Shown: in pieces, positions 9,586-18,133 of the stretch
How the letters are laid out: each line of letters begins with the position of its first letter
Numbering within the stretch: position 1 is the stretch's first letter
Translations under genes and position numbers: made by a program
NCBI GenBank assembly: GCA_045532985.1
Contig: JAZSGY010000018.1
Location: 1-58,344 of the forward strand
Reading direction: 5' to 3'
Length of the DNA stretch: 58,344 bases
From: Eubacteriales bacterium
GTDB taxonomy: Bacteria > Bacillota > Clostridia > Oscillospirales > CAG-272
The notes under the pieces: model-generated
What the model was told of the DNA's origin: nothing
The model's database searches: none
Seen by the model: only the letters and a program-made list of their open reading frames with translations

Positions 9586-10562
9586 ATCCAGAGCAGGAGT
9601 GCCACAAGTGGCATCGTGCCGAGCGAGATCAGCGTGCTGACCGAGACCAGCTTTCCCGCATAGACCGAATCTCCGTCAAATTTCTCCGCAAACATCGAGG
9701 TAGCAGTCGCCGCAGGCGTCGCTGCGGAAAGCAGAATGACCGTCATAACGACGGGATCGTTAAAAACGGGGATCAGCATCAAGAGCTTGGTAACCGCCCA
9801 AACGATCGCGGGGGAGAGGATCATTCTGACGAACAAATAAATATACAGGTGAAGATCCTTGAAGGCACGCCGCCACTCCAGCTCTGCAAGACGCAGACCG
9901 ATCAGGATCATTGCAAGCGGCGCAACGAGTGCCTGCAATCCGTCGATCAGATCGTAGGGAACGCTTTTCAGCACGTCAATGAAACCGTACGCTGCGGGAA
10001 GCGGTGCCAGAAGACGGTTCAGCGGGGTCAAAAACAGAACAAGACCAACGTAGGTCGAAATGCTCGCGGGGTTCAAAAACATCTTGCGCGGGGACATATA
10101 GCTTCTGTCCTTCGTGTAAATAAAGCAACCGAGTGACCAGCAGAAGATGTTGAACACCATCACGTAGATCGAAGCGTAAATGGCGTATTCTGCGTTGAAA
10201 ATGGCACAGATCAGCGGAATACCCATATATCCCGCATTCGTAAAGACGGTCGCATATCGTAAAACGCGCAGTTGATTTTCCGGTCTGCCGCGGCGGTAGG
10301 TCAGAAACGCGATTGCGGTGAAGATCAGGTGGGTGATGAGCGAAAAGAGAAGGACAAGCAATGCACGCTTGAAAACCTCCATATCAAATTCGCGAATATA
10401 CCCCTTGATGATCAGTGCGGGCTGAGCCGCGTAAAGGATCAGATTGGAAAGGCCCTTGCCAAGACCGTCGGGCGCAAGCCTTGCCTTCGCCAGAAGAAAC
10501 CCCGGCACGATCATCAGCAGTAAGAGCGCCACCTTTGAAAAAAGAATAGAAATATCGATCAT
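9582..10562 (-). CDS. AEC (auxin efflux carrier) family membrane transporter
   Basis: 326 aa and about 10 TM, with a sequence pattern typical of the AEC/membrane transport protein family. A GAGGAG RBS lies 8 nt upstream. It is convergent with malQ and overlaps its stop codon by 3 nt. Confidence 0.75.
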   Translation of the reverse strand: MIDISILFSKVALLLLMIVPGFLLAKARLAPDGLGKGLSNLILYAAQPALIIKGYIREFDMEVFKRALLVLLFSLITHLIFTAIAFLTYRRGRPENQLRVLRYATVFTNAGYMGIPLICAIFNAEYAIYASIYVMVFNIFCWSLGCFIYTKDRSYMSPRKMFLNPASISTYVGLVLFLTPLNRLLAPLPAAYGFIDVLKSVPYDLIDGLQALVAPLAMILIGLRLAELEWRRAFKDLHLYIYLFVRMILSPAIVWAVTKLLMLIPVFNDPVVMTVILLSAATPAATATSMFAEKFDGDSVYAGKLVSVSTLISLGTMPLVALLLWI

Positions 10563-10588
10563 AATAAACTCCTCAAATCTTACAACTC

Positions 10589-10617
10589 AGTATACCACGC
10601 AAGACGAAAAAATGCAA
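10589..10617 (-). promoter_or_regulatory. putative sigma-A promoter of the AEC transporter gene
   Basis: On the minus strand this reads TTGCAT, a 17-nt spacer, then TATACT. It lies about 27 nt upstream of the ATG. Confidence 0.5.
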
Positions 10618-10646
10618 CCCTTTCGGTTGCATTTTTTGTGTTTGGA

Positions 10647-10675
10647 TTGACAAAAGAGGAAAAATGCCTTATACT
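10647..10675 (+). promoter_or_regulatory. putative sigma-A promoter of rhaA
   Basis: TTGACA (10647-10652), a 17-nt spacer, then TATACT (10670-10675). It lies 34 nt upstream of the rhaA ATG. Confidence 0.55.
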
Positions 10676-10708
10676 ATAAGAGAGTTATAAAATAAGGAAG
10701 GACCCTTT

Positions 10709-11953
10709 ATGAATTACAACGAAGCGAAAAAAACATATGCAGCGTTCGGAATTGATACCGATGCCGCGATCAAAAAGCTCAAGAGCATCCCCATTTCGGT
10801 GCATTGCTGGCAGGGTGATGACGTGATCGGCTTTGACCACGACGGCCCCTTGACGGGCGGCATCCAGACGACGGGAAATTACCCGGGCCGTGCCCGCACG
10901 CCCGAGGAGCTGATGGCAGACTTTGACCTGGCGATCTCGCTTTGTCCCGGCAAGAAAAAGCTCAACCTGCACGCCTGCTACGCCATTTTCGAGGACGGTG
11001 AATTCGTCGACCGCGATCAGCTCGAGCCGCGCCACTTCAAAAAGTGGGTGGAATTCGCGAAGGCACGCGGTCTCGGCATTGACTTTAACCCCACCTTTTT
11101 CTCGCATCCGAACATCAAGGACGGCTTGACGCTTTCCAGCCCCGATGCCGACGTGCGTCGCTTCTGGATCGACCACGGCCGCGCCTGCATCCGCATCTCT
11201 GAGTATTTTGCGCGGGAAACGGGAATCCCCTGCGTGATGAACATCTGGACGGGCGACGGCTTTAAGGATATCCCCGCTGACCGCATGGGGCCGCGCGTGC
11301 GCTACAAGGAATCCATTGAGGCGATCCTTGCCGAGCCGCACGATAAAAGCCTCGTCAAGCCCTGCGTGGAATCGAAGGTGTTCGGTATCGGTGTGGAGTC
11401 CTACACCGTCGGCAGTGCGGAATTTTCGCTCTCCTTTGCCGCAATGCACGAGGGATGCCTGCCCTTGATGGATAACGGTCACTATCACCCGACCGAGGTC
11501 GTCTCGGATAAGATCCCCGCGCTTTTGGCATTCTTCCCCGAGATTGCTCTGCACGTCACGCGCGGCGTTCGCTGGGACTCCGACCACGTCGTCATTCTTG
11601 ACGATGAAACGCGTGAGATCGCGAAGGAGATCGTCCGTTGTGACGCTCTCGACCGCGTTTATATCGCCCTCGACTATTTTGATGCCAGCATCAACCGCAT
11701 TGCCGCGTGGGTGGTCGGCATCCGCTCGATCCAAAAGGCGCTGCTTTCTGCACTCTGCACGCCTCACGCAACGCTCTCCGCCCTGCAAAACGAGGGCAGA
11801 TTTACCGAGCTTATGCTCTTGCACGAGGACGTCAAGATGCTCCCCTTCGGCGCAGTGTGGGAAAAATACTGCGAGGATGCAGGCGTCGTTGCCGATTCCT
11901 CCTTTTATCGCACCGTTGAAAAATATGAAAGGGACGTTCTTTTAAAGAGATAA
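10709..11953 (+). CDS. rhaA: L-rhamnose isomerase
   Basis: 414 aa. The N-terminal block IPISVHCWQGDDVIGFD and the overall length match RhaA. Confidence 0.85.
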   Translation: MNYNEAKKTYAAFGIDTDAAIKKLKSIPISVHCWQGDDVIGFDHDGPLTGGIQTTGNYPGRARTPEELMADFDLAISLCPGKKKLNLHACYAIFEDGEFVDRDQLEPRHFKKWVEFAKARGLGIDFNPTFFSHPNIKDGLTLSSPDADVRRFWIDHGRACIRISEYFARETGIPCVMNIWTGDGFKDIPADRMGPRVRYKESIEAILAEPHDKSLVKPCVESKVFGIGVESYTVGSAEFSLSFAAMHEGCLPLMDNGHYHPTEVVSDKIPALLAFFPEIALHVTRGVRWDSDHVVILDDETREIAKEIVRCDALDRVYIALDYFDASINRIAAWVVGIRSIQKALLSALCTPHATLSALQNEGRFTELMLLHEDVKMLPFGAVWEKYCEDAGVVADSSFYRTVEKYERDVLLKR

Positions 11954-13081
11954 ATGTTTACACATACAAACGAGCTGCTCGATTTTGGCGACAGCCTCGG
12001 TATTCCGTGCGCCGACCTTCTGATCTACCTTGACGGCAAGGAGGTCTATCGCACACAGCGCGGCGTCCGTGACGAGGCGGGCACGCCGATGCGCGGAAAT
12101 GAGCGCTACAATATCTACTCCTGCTCAAAGCTTTTTACCTGCGTTGCGGCGCTGCGCCTGATCGAGGAGGGGAAGCTCTCGCTTGACGATGAGCTGGCAC
12201 TCTACCTTCCCGCCTTCGGCGATATGCGCGTGCTTAAAAACGGCAGCCTTATCAAAGCCGAAAATCGCATTACGGTCTCTCAGCTTTTCACGATGACGGC
12301 GGGACTCTCCTATGATACGGGCAGTGAAGAGATCAAGGCAGGACGTCTTGCGACCGACGGGAAAGCCCCGACGCTTCCGATGATGGACTATATCGCCAAG
12401 ATGCCGCTTGCCTTTGAGCCGGGAACCGATTGGCGATACAGTCTTTGCCACGACGTGCTTGCCGCAGTGGTTGAGGTCGTCAGCGGTCACCGTTTCGGCG
12501 ACTACGTCAAAAAGATCATTTTCGATCCGCTTGGGATGAAGGATACGACCTTCCTTTTGCCCGAGGAAGAGGTGCAAGACCTTTGCGCGCAGTACCGCTG
12601 TCTTGCGGACGGCACCTATCAGAACGTCGGACGTCAGATACAAAGCTACAAATTTGGCAGTGAATACGAAAGCGGCGGCGCGGGTGCGATCTCTACGGTC
12701 AGTGATTATATCCGTTTTCTTGAGGGCTTGCGGACCGACAAGCTCATAAAGCCAAAGACCAAGCAGCTGATGCTCACCGATCACCTGACGAAAAAGCAGA
12801 TGCAAAGATCCTTCTGGGGGGCTAAGGGTTATACCTACGGCCTCGGTGTCCGTATGCCGCAGGCGGACTCGCTCCGCACCGACTACGGCTGGGGCGGCGC
12901 CGCAGGTGCCTATGCCGCGATCGATGAGAAAAACGGCATCAGCCTCTATTATGCCCAGCACGTTCTCACCTCTCCCAATCGTGACGTACGTAAGGATCTG
13001 ATCGAGGCGGCAAAGCTCGATCTCGGATTTGACGCCTTTCGTGCGGATATGTGGAAAGGCACGGGAAGTCATCTAGCATAA
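11954..13081 (+). CDS. beta-lactamase-related serine hydrolase (class C/esterase-like)
   Basis: 375 aa with an SxxK nucleophile motif (YSCSKLF) and a beta-lactamase-fold pattern. The ATG immediately follows the rhaA stop. Confidence 0.75.
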   Translation: MFTHTNELLDFGDSLGIPCADLLIYLDGKEVYRTQRGVRDEAGTPMRGNERYNIYSCSKLFTCVAALRLIEEGKLSLDDELALYLPAFGDMRVLKNGSLIKAENRITVSQLFTMTAGLSYDTGSEEIKAGRLATDGKAPTLPMMDYIAKMPLAFEPGTDWRYSLCHDVLAAVVEVVSGHRFGDYVKKIIFDPLGMKDTTFLLPEEEVQDLCAQYRCLADGTYQNVGRQIQSYKFGSEYESGGAGAISTVSDYIRFLEGLRTDKLIKPKTKQLMLTDHLTKKQMQRSFWGAKGYTYGLGVRMPQADSLRTDYGWGGAAGAYAAIDEKNGISLYYAQHVLTSPNRDVRKDLIEAAKLDLGFDAFRADMWKGTGSHLA

Positions 13082-13085
13082 AGAT

Positions 13086-13130
13086 CAAGGATCCAAATAC
13101 GTATTTCTCGCTTTGGATCCTTGTCCTCTT
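13086..13130 (+). terminator. possible terminator hairpin after the serine hydrolase gene
   Basis: A 12-bp stem pairs caaggatccaaa with tttggatccttg around a 14-nt loop. The T tract after it is weak. Confidence 0.4.
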
Positions 13131-13144
13131 TGTGCGCAACTAAT

Positions 13145-13176
13145 AAAAGGCGTTCCGTAAGGAACGCCTTTCGTTT
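13145..13176. terminator. bidirectional rho-independent terminator
   Basis: An 11-bp stem pairs aaaggcgttcc with ggaacgccttt around a GTAA loop. A and T tracts lie on both sides, and it abuts the stop of the GH127 gene. Confidence 0.7.
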
Positions 13177-15007
13177 ATTTTATAAGATGCCACACTTGCA
13201 TCGCACTCGCTCCGCGGTTTGCAAAGGCATGGTAGGGGATCAGCGTTGCCGTGATTGGCGTGAGTGCGTTTTTACGTTCGTAATAAAGCGGCGTGCTTTC
13301 CGTCGCCTCTCTGCGATAGGCACGTACCGTAAGCATCGGTACGCCAAGTGCCGCGTGTCGACCGACGCGAAAACGTGCATGCGCGTCAATGCGGATATCG
13401 CGCAGATTTTCGCCGTTGTCAACACCCTCGAGACAGTAAACGAACGGGCCGCGCGTTACGGCGTAGCGACCGCAATCGAAGATAACCTCGGGATGCGCCT
13501 CGATCAGCTTCGTTTTCATCGCGAAGTCAAGTGTGACCGATTCGCCATCGCGCAGATCGAAATAGGCGTACCCTTTTATCCTCTCGCCTTTGTAGCTGTC
13601 ACACCAACCGGGCACGCGTACCGCGATCCGCGTGTCGCCGCCCGTAACGGTGATCTGAATTCTTCCGTTGTAGGGATAACGCGTTTTTTGTGTCACGGTC
13701 AAAATCTTCCCATTGCGCTTGATGCTCGATCTGCTTTGCATATACTGATGCACGTAGAGCGTCTCGCCGTCGTCGGTATAAAGCAGATTCCCGATCGACG
13801 GAATAAACCGAACGATGTTTGGCGGACAGCAGGAGCAGTCGAAGACCGCCTTCCGTTCCATGATCGGTAAGCGTAGCGACCTACGCGGATTGGGATGCGT
13901 GTCGCGGGTATGCAGAGAAGGGATGATCTCAAGCGGATTCTCGTAAAAGAACGCTTTTCCATCAAGCGAGATCGAAGACAAGAATCCGTTATAGATCACG
14001 CGCTCCACGATGTCGGCGTATCGCGCGTCCGCTTCGAACATGAGCATACGATGCGCAAAGAGCGCAAGCGCAAGCGCGGCACAGGATTCGTTATAGGTGA
14101 TCAGATTCGGCAGATCATAATCCTTGGTAAAGCACTCGCCGCACGCGGATGCGCCAACACCGCCCGTGATGCTCATTCGCTTGCATACGATATTCTCAAA
14201 AATTGCATCCAGCGCCGCTTTCAACTCGGCATCCTCTGTCAGCAAGGCAACGTCGGCCATCGCACAGTAAAGATAAAGCGCGCGCACGGCGTGCCCCTCT
14301 GCCGTTCTTTGCTCACGTACAGGAATGTGCGACTGCATATAAGCATATCCATGACCGAATTCGGGCTCTTCTTCGTTTCCGCGCATATCAATAAACGCCT
14401 TTGCAAGTGCAAGGTGACGGCGCTCGCCTAAGCAGAGATAGAGCCGAACCAATGCCAGCTCGATCTCCTCGTGACCGGGCGTTTTGAATCCCGTATCTCT
14501 TTGAATGATAAATCTCTTTTCGATGTAATCGACGTATTTGCACATCAAGTCAAGAAATCTGCGTTTTCCCGTTGTCTCGTAGTAAGCAACTGCCGCCTCG
14601 ATCAGATGACCCGCACAGTAAAGCTCGTGACAGTCGCGGTTCTGAAACCGTTTTTCGGGTGCGACTGCCGTAAAGTAAATATTGAAATAGCCGTTTGCAT
14701 CTTGATTCTTTTCGATTTCGTCAATGACTTGCTCAACGATTCTCTCAAGCCTCTTGTTCGGCTTTTTTGCGATCAGATAAGCAACGCCCTCGATCCATTT
14801 TGCAACGTCGGAGTCCCAGAAAATATGCGGTTTATTCGGCATTCCTTCCTTCCAATCGCATCGGAAGGCATCGAATCGTCCCGTCTCCTTAAAGCGGTCG
14901 TAAACTGCATACACGGTCGTCTTTCTGATCGTGTCCTGCTTTTCCTTCCAAAAACCGCCCGTAATCTCGGTCGCCGAAAAATCGATTCTTTTCATTTTGC
15001 TTCTCAT
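13175..15007 (-). CDS. glycoside hydrolase family 127 (beta-L-arabinofuranosidase, DUF1680)
   Basis: The start at 15007 (MRSKMKRIDF) lies 7 nt after an AGGAG RBS. The Cys-rich motif FDCSCCPPNIVRF and the (alpha/alpha)6-type N-terminal region are typical of the GH127/HypBA1 family. Confidence 0.85.
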   Translation of the reverse strand: MRSKMKRIDFSATEITGGFWKEKQDTIRKTTVYAVYDRFKETGRFDAFRCDWKEGMPNKPHIFWDSDVAKWIEGVAYLIAKKPNKRLERIVEQVIDEIEKNQDANGYFNIYFTAVAPEKRFQNRDCHELYCAGHLIEAAVAYYETTGKRRFLDLMCKYVDYIEKRFIIQRDTGFKTPGHEEIELALVRLYLCLGERRHLALAKAFIDMRGNEEEPEFGHGYAYMQSHIPVREQRTAEGHAVRALYLYCAMADVALLTEDAELKAALDAIFENIVCKRMSITGGVGASACGECFTKDYDLPNLITYNESCAALALALFAHRMLMFEADARYADIVERVIYNGFLSSISLDGKAFFYENPLEIIPSLHTRDTHPNPRRSLRLPIMERKAVFDCSCCPPNIVRFIPSIGNLLYTDDGETLYVHQYMQSRSSIKRNGKILTVTQKTRYPYNGRIQITVTGGDTRIAVRVPGWCDSYKGERIKGYAYFDLRDGESVTLDFAMKTKLIEAHPEVIFDCGRYAVTRGPFVYCLEGVDNGENLRDIRIDAHARFRVGRHAALGVPMLTVRAYRREATESTPLYYERKNALTPITATLIPYHAFANRGASAMQVWHLIK

Positions 15008-15148
15008 TTTGTTTCTCCTTTCAAGGTGCAAAAAAATGAAAACGGTTATGATTTTTATTGACATCTGAATGTCTCTATGATAGAATTATAGCAAAGAATA
15101 TGGATTTTTCAACCCCCATAAAATGAATAAAAGGAGTAAAAATCCGAC

Positions 15149-15913
15149 ATGTATGAAAGTATAGAATTTGAATACGGCGGAAAATTCAGCTCACGCGGCA
15201 AATGGTGTCACCCCGTACGCGTCTGTAACAGCTCGGAATTGATCATCGTTTTAGAGGGAAACGTCCACATCGCCGTCGAGGATGACGAATATCACCTTTC
15301 AGTCGGCGATATTCTCTTTATCAAAAAGGGGGAGCATCACGGTGGAATCAAGGAAAGTCGCGAGAGGATCTCCTTCTATTGGCTTCATTTTACAGGGGAT
15401 GACAACGGGATTTTTCCGTCACGTTTGATTCGACCTGTCGCTCCCTATCAGGCAGAGCTGATCGCACGGCAGATTTTACATTATGCAAATACGGAAGGGT
15501 ATCCTCGCGCCTCGGCTGATTATCTGCTCCGCGTGCTTTTGATGGAGCTTAGTCACGTCGGCGACGTCTCGGGCGACCGCATCTGCTCGGCTGTGCGCGA
15601 ATGGATTCGCATTAACTGCGACCTGCCGCTGAAGGTCACCGACGTCGCCATACAGTTCGGCTACAATGCCGACTACTTAAATCGCCTTTTTCGTATCACA
15701 TATCCCGAAGGACTCAAGGCGTATATCAATCAAGAGAAAATGGAAAGCATAAAGCGAGACTTGCTGAAGGGCTCGCTGACACTCTCTGACATTGCCGCCA
15801 AATACGCTTTTTTGGATTACAAGTATTTTTTGAAATATTTCAAATATCACGAGGGGATTTCACCGCAAAAATACCGCGCGCTTTACTATAATTTGCATAC
15901 CAACAACCACTAA
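15149..15913 (+). CDS. AraC family transcriptional regulator (cupin sensor + HTH)
   Basis: 254 aa. The N-terminal part is cupin-like. The C-terminal AraC HTH is VTDVAIQFGYNADYLNRLFR...GISPQKYR. It is divergent from the GH127 gene. Confidence 0.85.
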   Translation: MYESIEFEYGGKFSSRGKWCHPVRVCNSSELIIVLEGNVHIAVEDDEYHLSVGDILFIKKGEHHGGIKESRERISFYWLHFTGDDNGIFPSRLIRPVAPYQAELIARQILHYANTEGYPRASADYLLRVLLMELSHVGDVSGDRICSAVREWIRINCDLPLKVTDVAIQFGYNADYLNRLFRITYPEGLKAYINQEKMESIKRDLLKGSLTLSDIAAKYAFLDYKYFLKYFKYHEGISPQKYRALYYNLHTNNH

Positions 15914-15951
15914 AAAAAATACCGACAGAGCTTGTCTGTCGGTATTTTTTT
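15912..15951. terminator. bidirectional rho-independent terminator (araC-like gene / rpmF)
   Basis: An 11-bp stem pairs ataccgacaga with tctgtcggtat. It is flanked by A7 and T7 tracts. Confidence 0.8.
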
Positions 15952-15958
15952 AGAGGAA

Positions 15959-16141
15959 TTAAGCCTCTTTCTTTACGATTTCTTCACCCTTGTACGTGCC
16001 ACAGTTGTTGCAAACGTGATGAGCGAGCGTCAGCTCGCCGCACTTTTGGCACTTTACAAGATTCGGAGCATCCAGCTTAGAAACGCTGGAGCGTCTGGAA
16101 TCTCTGCGGGCTTTGGAAACTTTCTTCTTCGGTACTGCCAT
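15959..16141 (-). CDS. rpmF: 50S ribosomal protein L32
   Basis: 60 aa: MAVPKKKVSKARRDSRRS...CQKCGE...CNNCG (zinc-ribbon form). Confidence 0.95.
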   Translation of the reverse strand: MAVPKKKVSKARRDSRRSSVSKLDAPNLVKCQKCGELTLAHHVCNNCGTYKGEEIVKKEA

Positions 16142-16183
16142 TGAACCTACACCTCCTTGGTCGGTAGCGCTTTGCGCTTTATA

Positions 16184-16750
16184 TTATTTTTGATTATCCG
16201 GGTTTGCTTCCTGATCCGCTTGCATTTCTTCCCACAGCTTTTTGAGGGGAAGCATTCTCGGATCAATTTCGGTCATATCGCAGGAGCATTTTCCCTCGTT
16301 CAGGTTTTTGCCGCATTTCTGGCACAGACCCTTGCAATCCTCGTCACACAGCATCTTGGACGGGAAGGAAAGCTCTAAAAGCTCCAGAAGCTCGGCATCC
16401 ATATCGAGGAATCCGTCGTATACGATCGCGTAATCGTCCTCGTCTCCCTCCTTGATGTTGGCAAGCAACCCCTCGGGCACGACCGTCTTTTCAACGTCAA
16501 AGGAAAAGCTTCCGCAAACGTCGGAAAGGCAACGCGCACAGGGTGCTACGTAATCAATGGAAAGCGACAGAGTCATACGCATGTAGCCCGCCGTATTCGT
16601 GATCTCACCCTTCACGGAAAGCGGAGTGGTGAAGCGCACCATATAGAGGGCTGACGATACGTCGTTCTCGTCATACGCGGGACTCATAGAATAGTCGATG
16701 GTAAGCTGTCGGCATTCACCGGCAAGCAGAGAACGAAGATCGATTTTCAT
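16184..16750 (-). CDS. YceD/DUF177 family protein (ribosome-associated, upstream of rpmF)
   Basis: The start at 16750 (MKIDLRSLL) follows an AGGAG RBS. The C-terminal Cys cluster is CDEDCKGLCQKCGKNLNEGKCSC. The yceD-rpmF gene order is conserved. Confidence 0.85.
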   Translation of the reverse strand: MKIDLRSLLAGECRQLTIDYSMSPAYDENDVSSALYMVRFTTPLSVKGEITNTAGYMRMTLSLSIDYVAPCARCLSDVCGSFSFDVEKTVVPEGLLANIKEGDEDDYAIVYDGFLDMDAELLELLELSFPSKMLCDEDCKGLCQKCGKNLNEGKCSCDMTEIDPRMLPLKKLWEEMQADQEANPDNQK

Positions 16751-16908
16751 ACAGGGAACTCCTAAGCGATTCGACAAAAGGCACACTACGCGCCTTTTTT
16801 AGCCGTACAACTTATTATACACGGAATGATTTGCTTTGTCAAGGGATTTTTGAATTTTGCTTTCCGAAAAATCTGTTTTTTTAACTTTGAACTCTTTTGA
16901 TAAAGTAT

Positions 16909-16937
16909 TTGACAAAAGTGAGAAAAAGTAGTACAAT
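16909..16937 (+). promoter_or_regulatory. putative sigma-A promoter
   Basis: TTGACA (16909-16914), a 17-nt spacer, then TACAAT (16932-16937). It lies upstream of the 16971 ORF. Confidence 0.55.
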
Positions 16938-16970
16938 ATTAAAAGAATCTAAAAAGAACGGAATAAGAAT

Positions 16971-17621
16971 ATGAAGAAAGTCACGCGTGCGCTGAAAATT
17001 TCGATCTACTGCTTCTTGGGGATCTTTTGCCTTTTGGTACTGATCCGTATCGCTATGAACTCGTATTATCCGAAGGATATGAAACGCTTGAATTTTACGG
17101 ATGAGCTTGCCGCATACTATCAGGAGAACACCGAGCGGTTTCAGGCGTATACGCAAAAAATACGCGCCCCGTACGATGACCCGAATGAGGGCAATTTCTT
17201 TGCAAAGCACGTGATCGTCGTCCCCGACGGCGAGCATTTGCAGGTCTCTGTCCGCTACAACGACAGCACGCTAAAGGAGCTGTGTGCCGAATACGGCGAT
17301 CGCATTCTGAATCAGGATGGGAGCCTTAAGCTGACCTATCGGCTTTGCGTCAGCTATGGCGAAAAGGAAACGGTCACTTACGATATGTCTGACAGCTTCA
17401 TATCGGAGCGATTTATGTATCACTACACGAAGGTGATGTTTGACGGCGTTCCCTTTGCCGACGCCGTATGGATGCGCGTGGATATTTATCTGATCGACGG
17501 CGAAACCGAAAGACCTCTCGGATCGATACCCGTCTACGAAACCGTGGTCGAGGTCGACGGTCAGCCTGTTCCGTACAAGCAAAAGGAATACAAACTCAAA
17601 AAATCGGAGCGTCCTATATGA
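16971..17621 (+). CDS. hypothetical membrane-anchored protein
   Basis: 216 aa with a single N-terminal TM (ISIYCFLGIFCLLVLIRIA). I recognise no family. Confidence 0.6.
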   Translation: MKKVTRALKISIYCFLGIFCLLVLIRIAMNSYYPKDMKRLNFTDELAAYYQENTERFQAYTQKIRAPYDDPNEGNFFAKHVIVVPDGEHLQVSVRYNDSTLKELCAEYGDRILNQDGSLKLTYRLCVSYGEKETVTYDMSDSFISERFMYHYTKVMFDGVPFADAVWMRVDIYLIDGETERPLGSIPVYETVVEVDGQPVPYKQKEYKLKKSERPI

Positions 17622-18133
17622 TAGAAATGAATGAAAGCCCTACCCGCCAAAACAGAACGGCGATCCTTTTGATTGCGATCTTTTCGTCCTTTGCCGCGCT
17701 GTTTTGCTTGCTCAGCGGGCTGAAGGTCAGGTACGTCATCGTCTTTCAGCTTCTGTTTTTGATCTTTGGTGCGCTGGCGCTGTTCGTGTGGTACCGCTCG
17801 TATTATCTTTCGTATATCTATACCGTTACCGCCGAGTACGGTGCGCCACAGCTTCTTATCGTTCAGCAAAACGGAAAACGCCGTAGCGTCGTGTGCCGTT
17901 TGCGCCTTGATGAGATTCAAAAAATTACGCCCTGCACGTCAAGGTTTGAGCGCGCAGAGCGTGAATACAAATTCTATTCCTATTGCGTGACCCCGTTCCC
18001 CGCGCGCGCGCAGATCCTCTATGCCGACGGAGAATTTGGTGCCACCGCCGTAAAGATTGAGGCAAGCGATCGCTTTCTCAGCCTGCTTTCTCCGTATCTT
18101 TCGCAGGATGGCGACGAAAACGCCGCAGTCTGA
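17618..18133 (+). CDS. hypothetical 2-TM membrane protein
   Basis: The ATG at 17618 overlaps the upstream stop (ATGA). The protein begins MIEMNESPTRQNRTAILLIAIFSSFAALFCL and has a second TM. I recognise no family. Confidence 0.6.
   Translation: MIEMNESPTRQNRTAILLIAIFSSFAALFCLLSGLKVRYVIVFQLLFLIFGALALFVWYRSYYLSYIYTVTAEYGAPQLLIVQQNGKRRSVVCRLRLDEIQKITPCTSRFERAEREYKFYSYCVTPFPARAQILYADGEFGATAVKIEASDRFLSLLSPYLSQDGDENAAV

Noticed and set aside
10607-10637. A terminator-like hairpin (A-tract, atgcaacc/ggttgcat stem, T-tract) lying between the divergent AEC-transporter and rhaA genes. I considered it as an sRNA or attenuator.
   Set aside because: No ORF or transcript start is upstream of it in either direction. 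The -35 element of the AEC promoter lies inside one arm, so it may be an insulator or a coincidence. This cannot be decided without transcript data.
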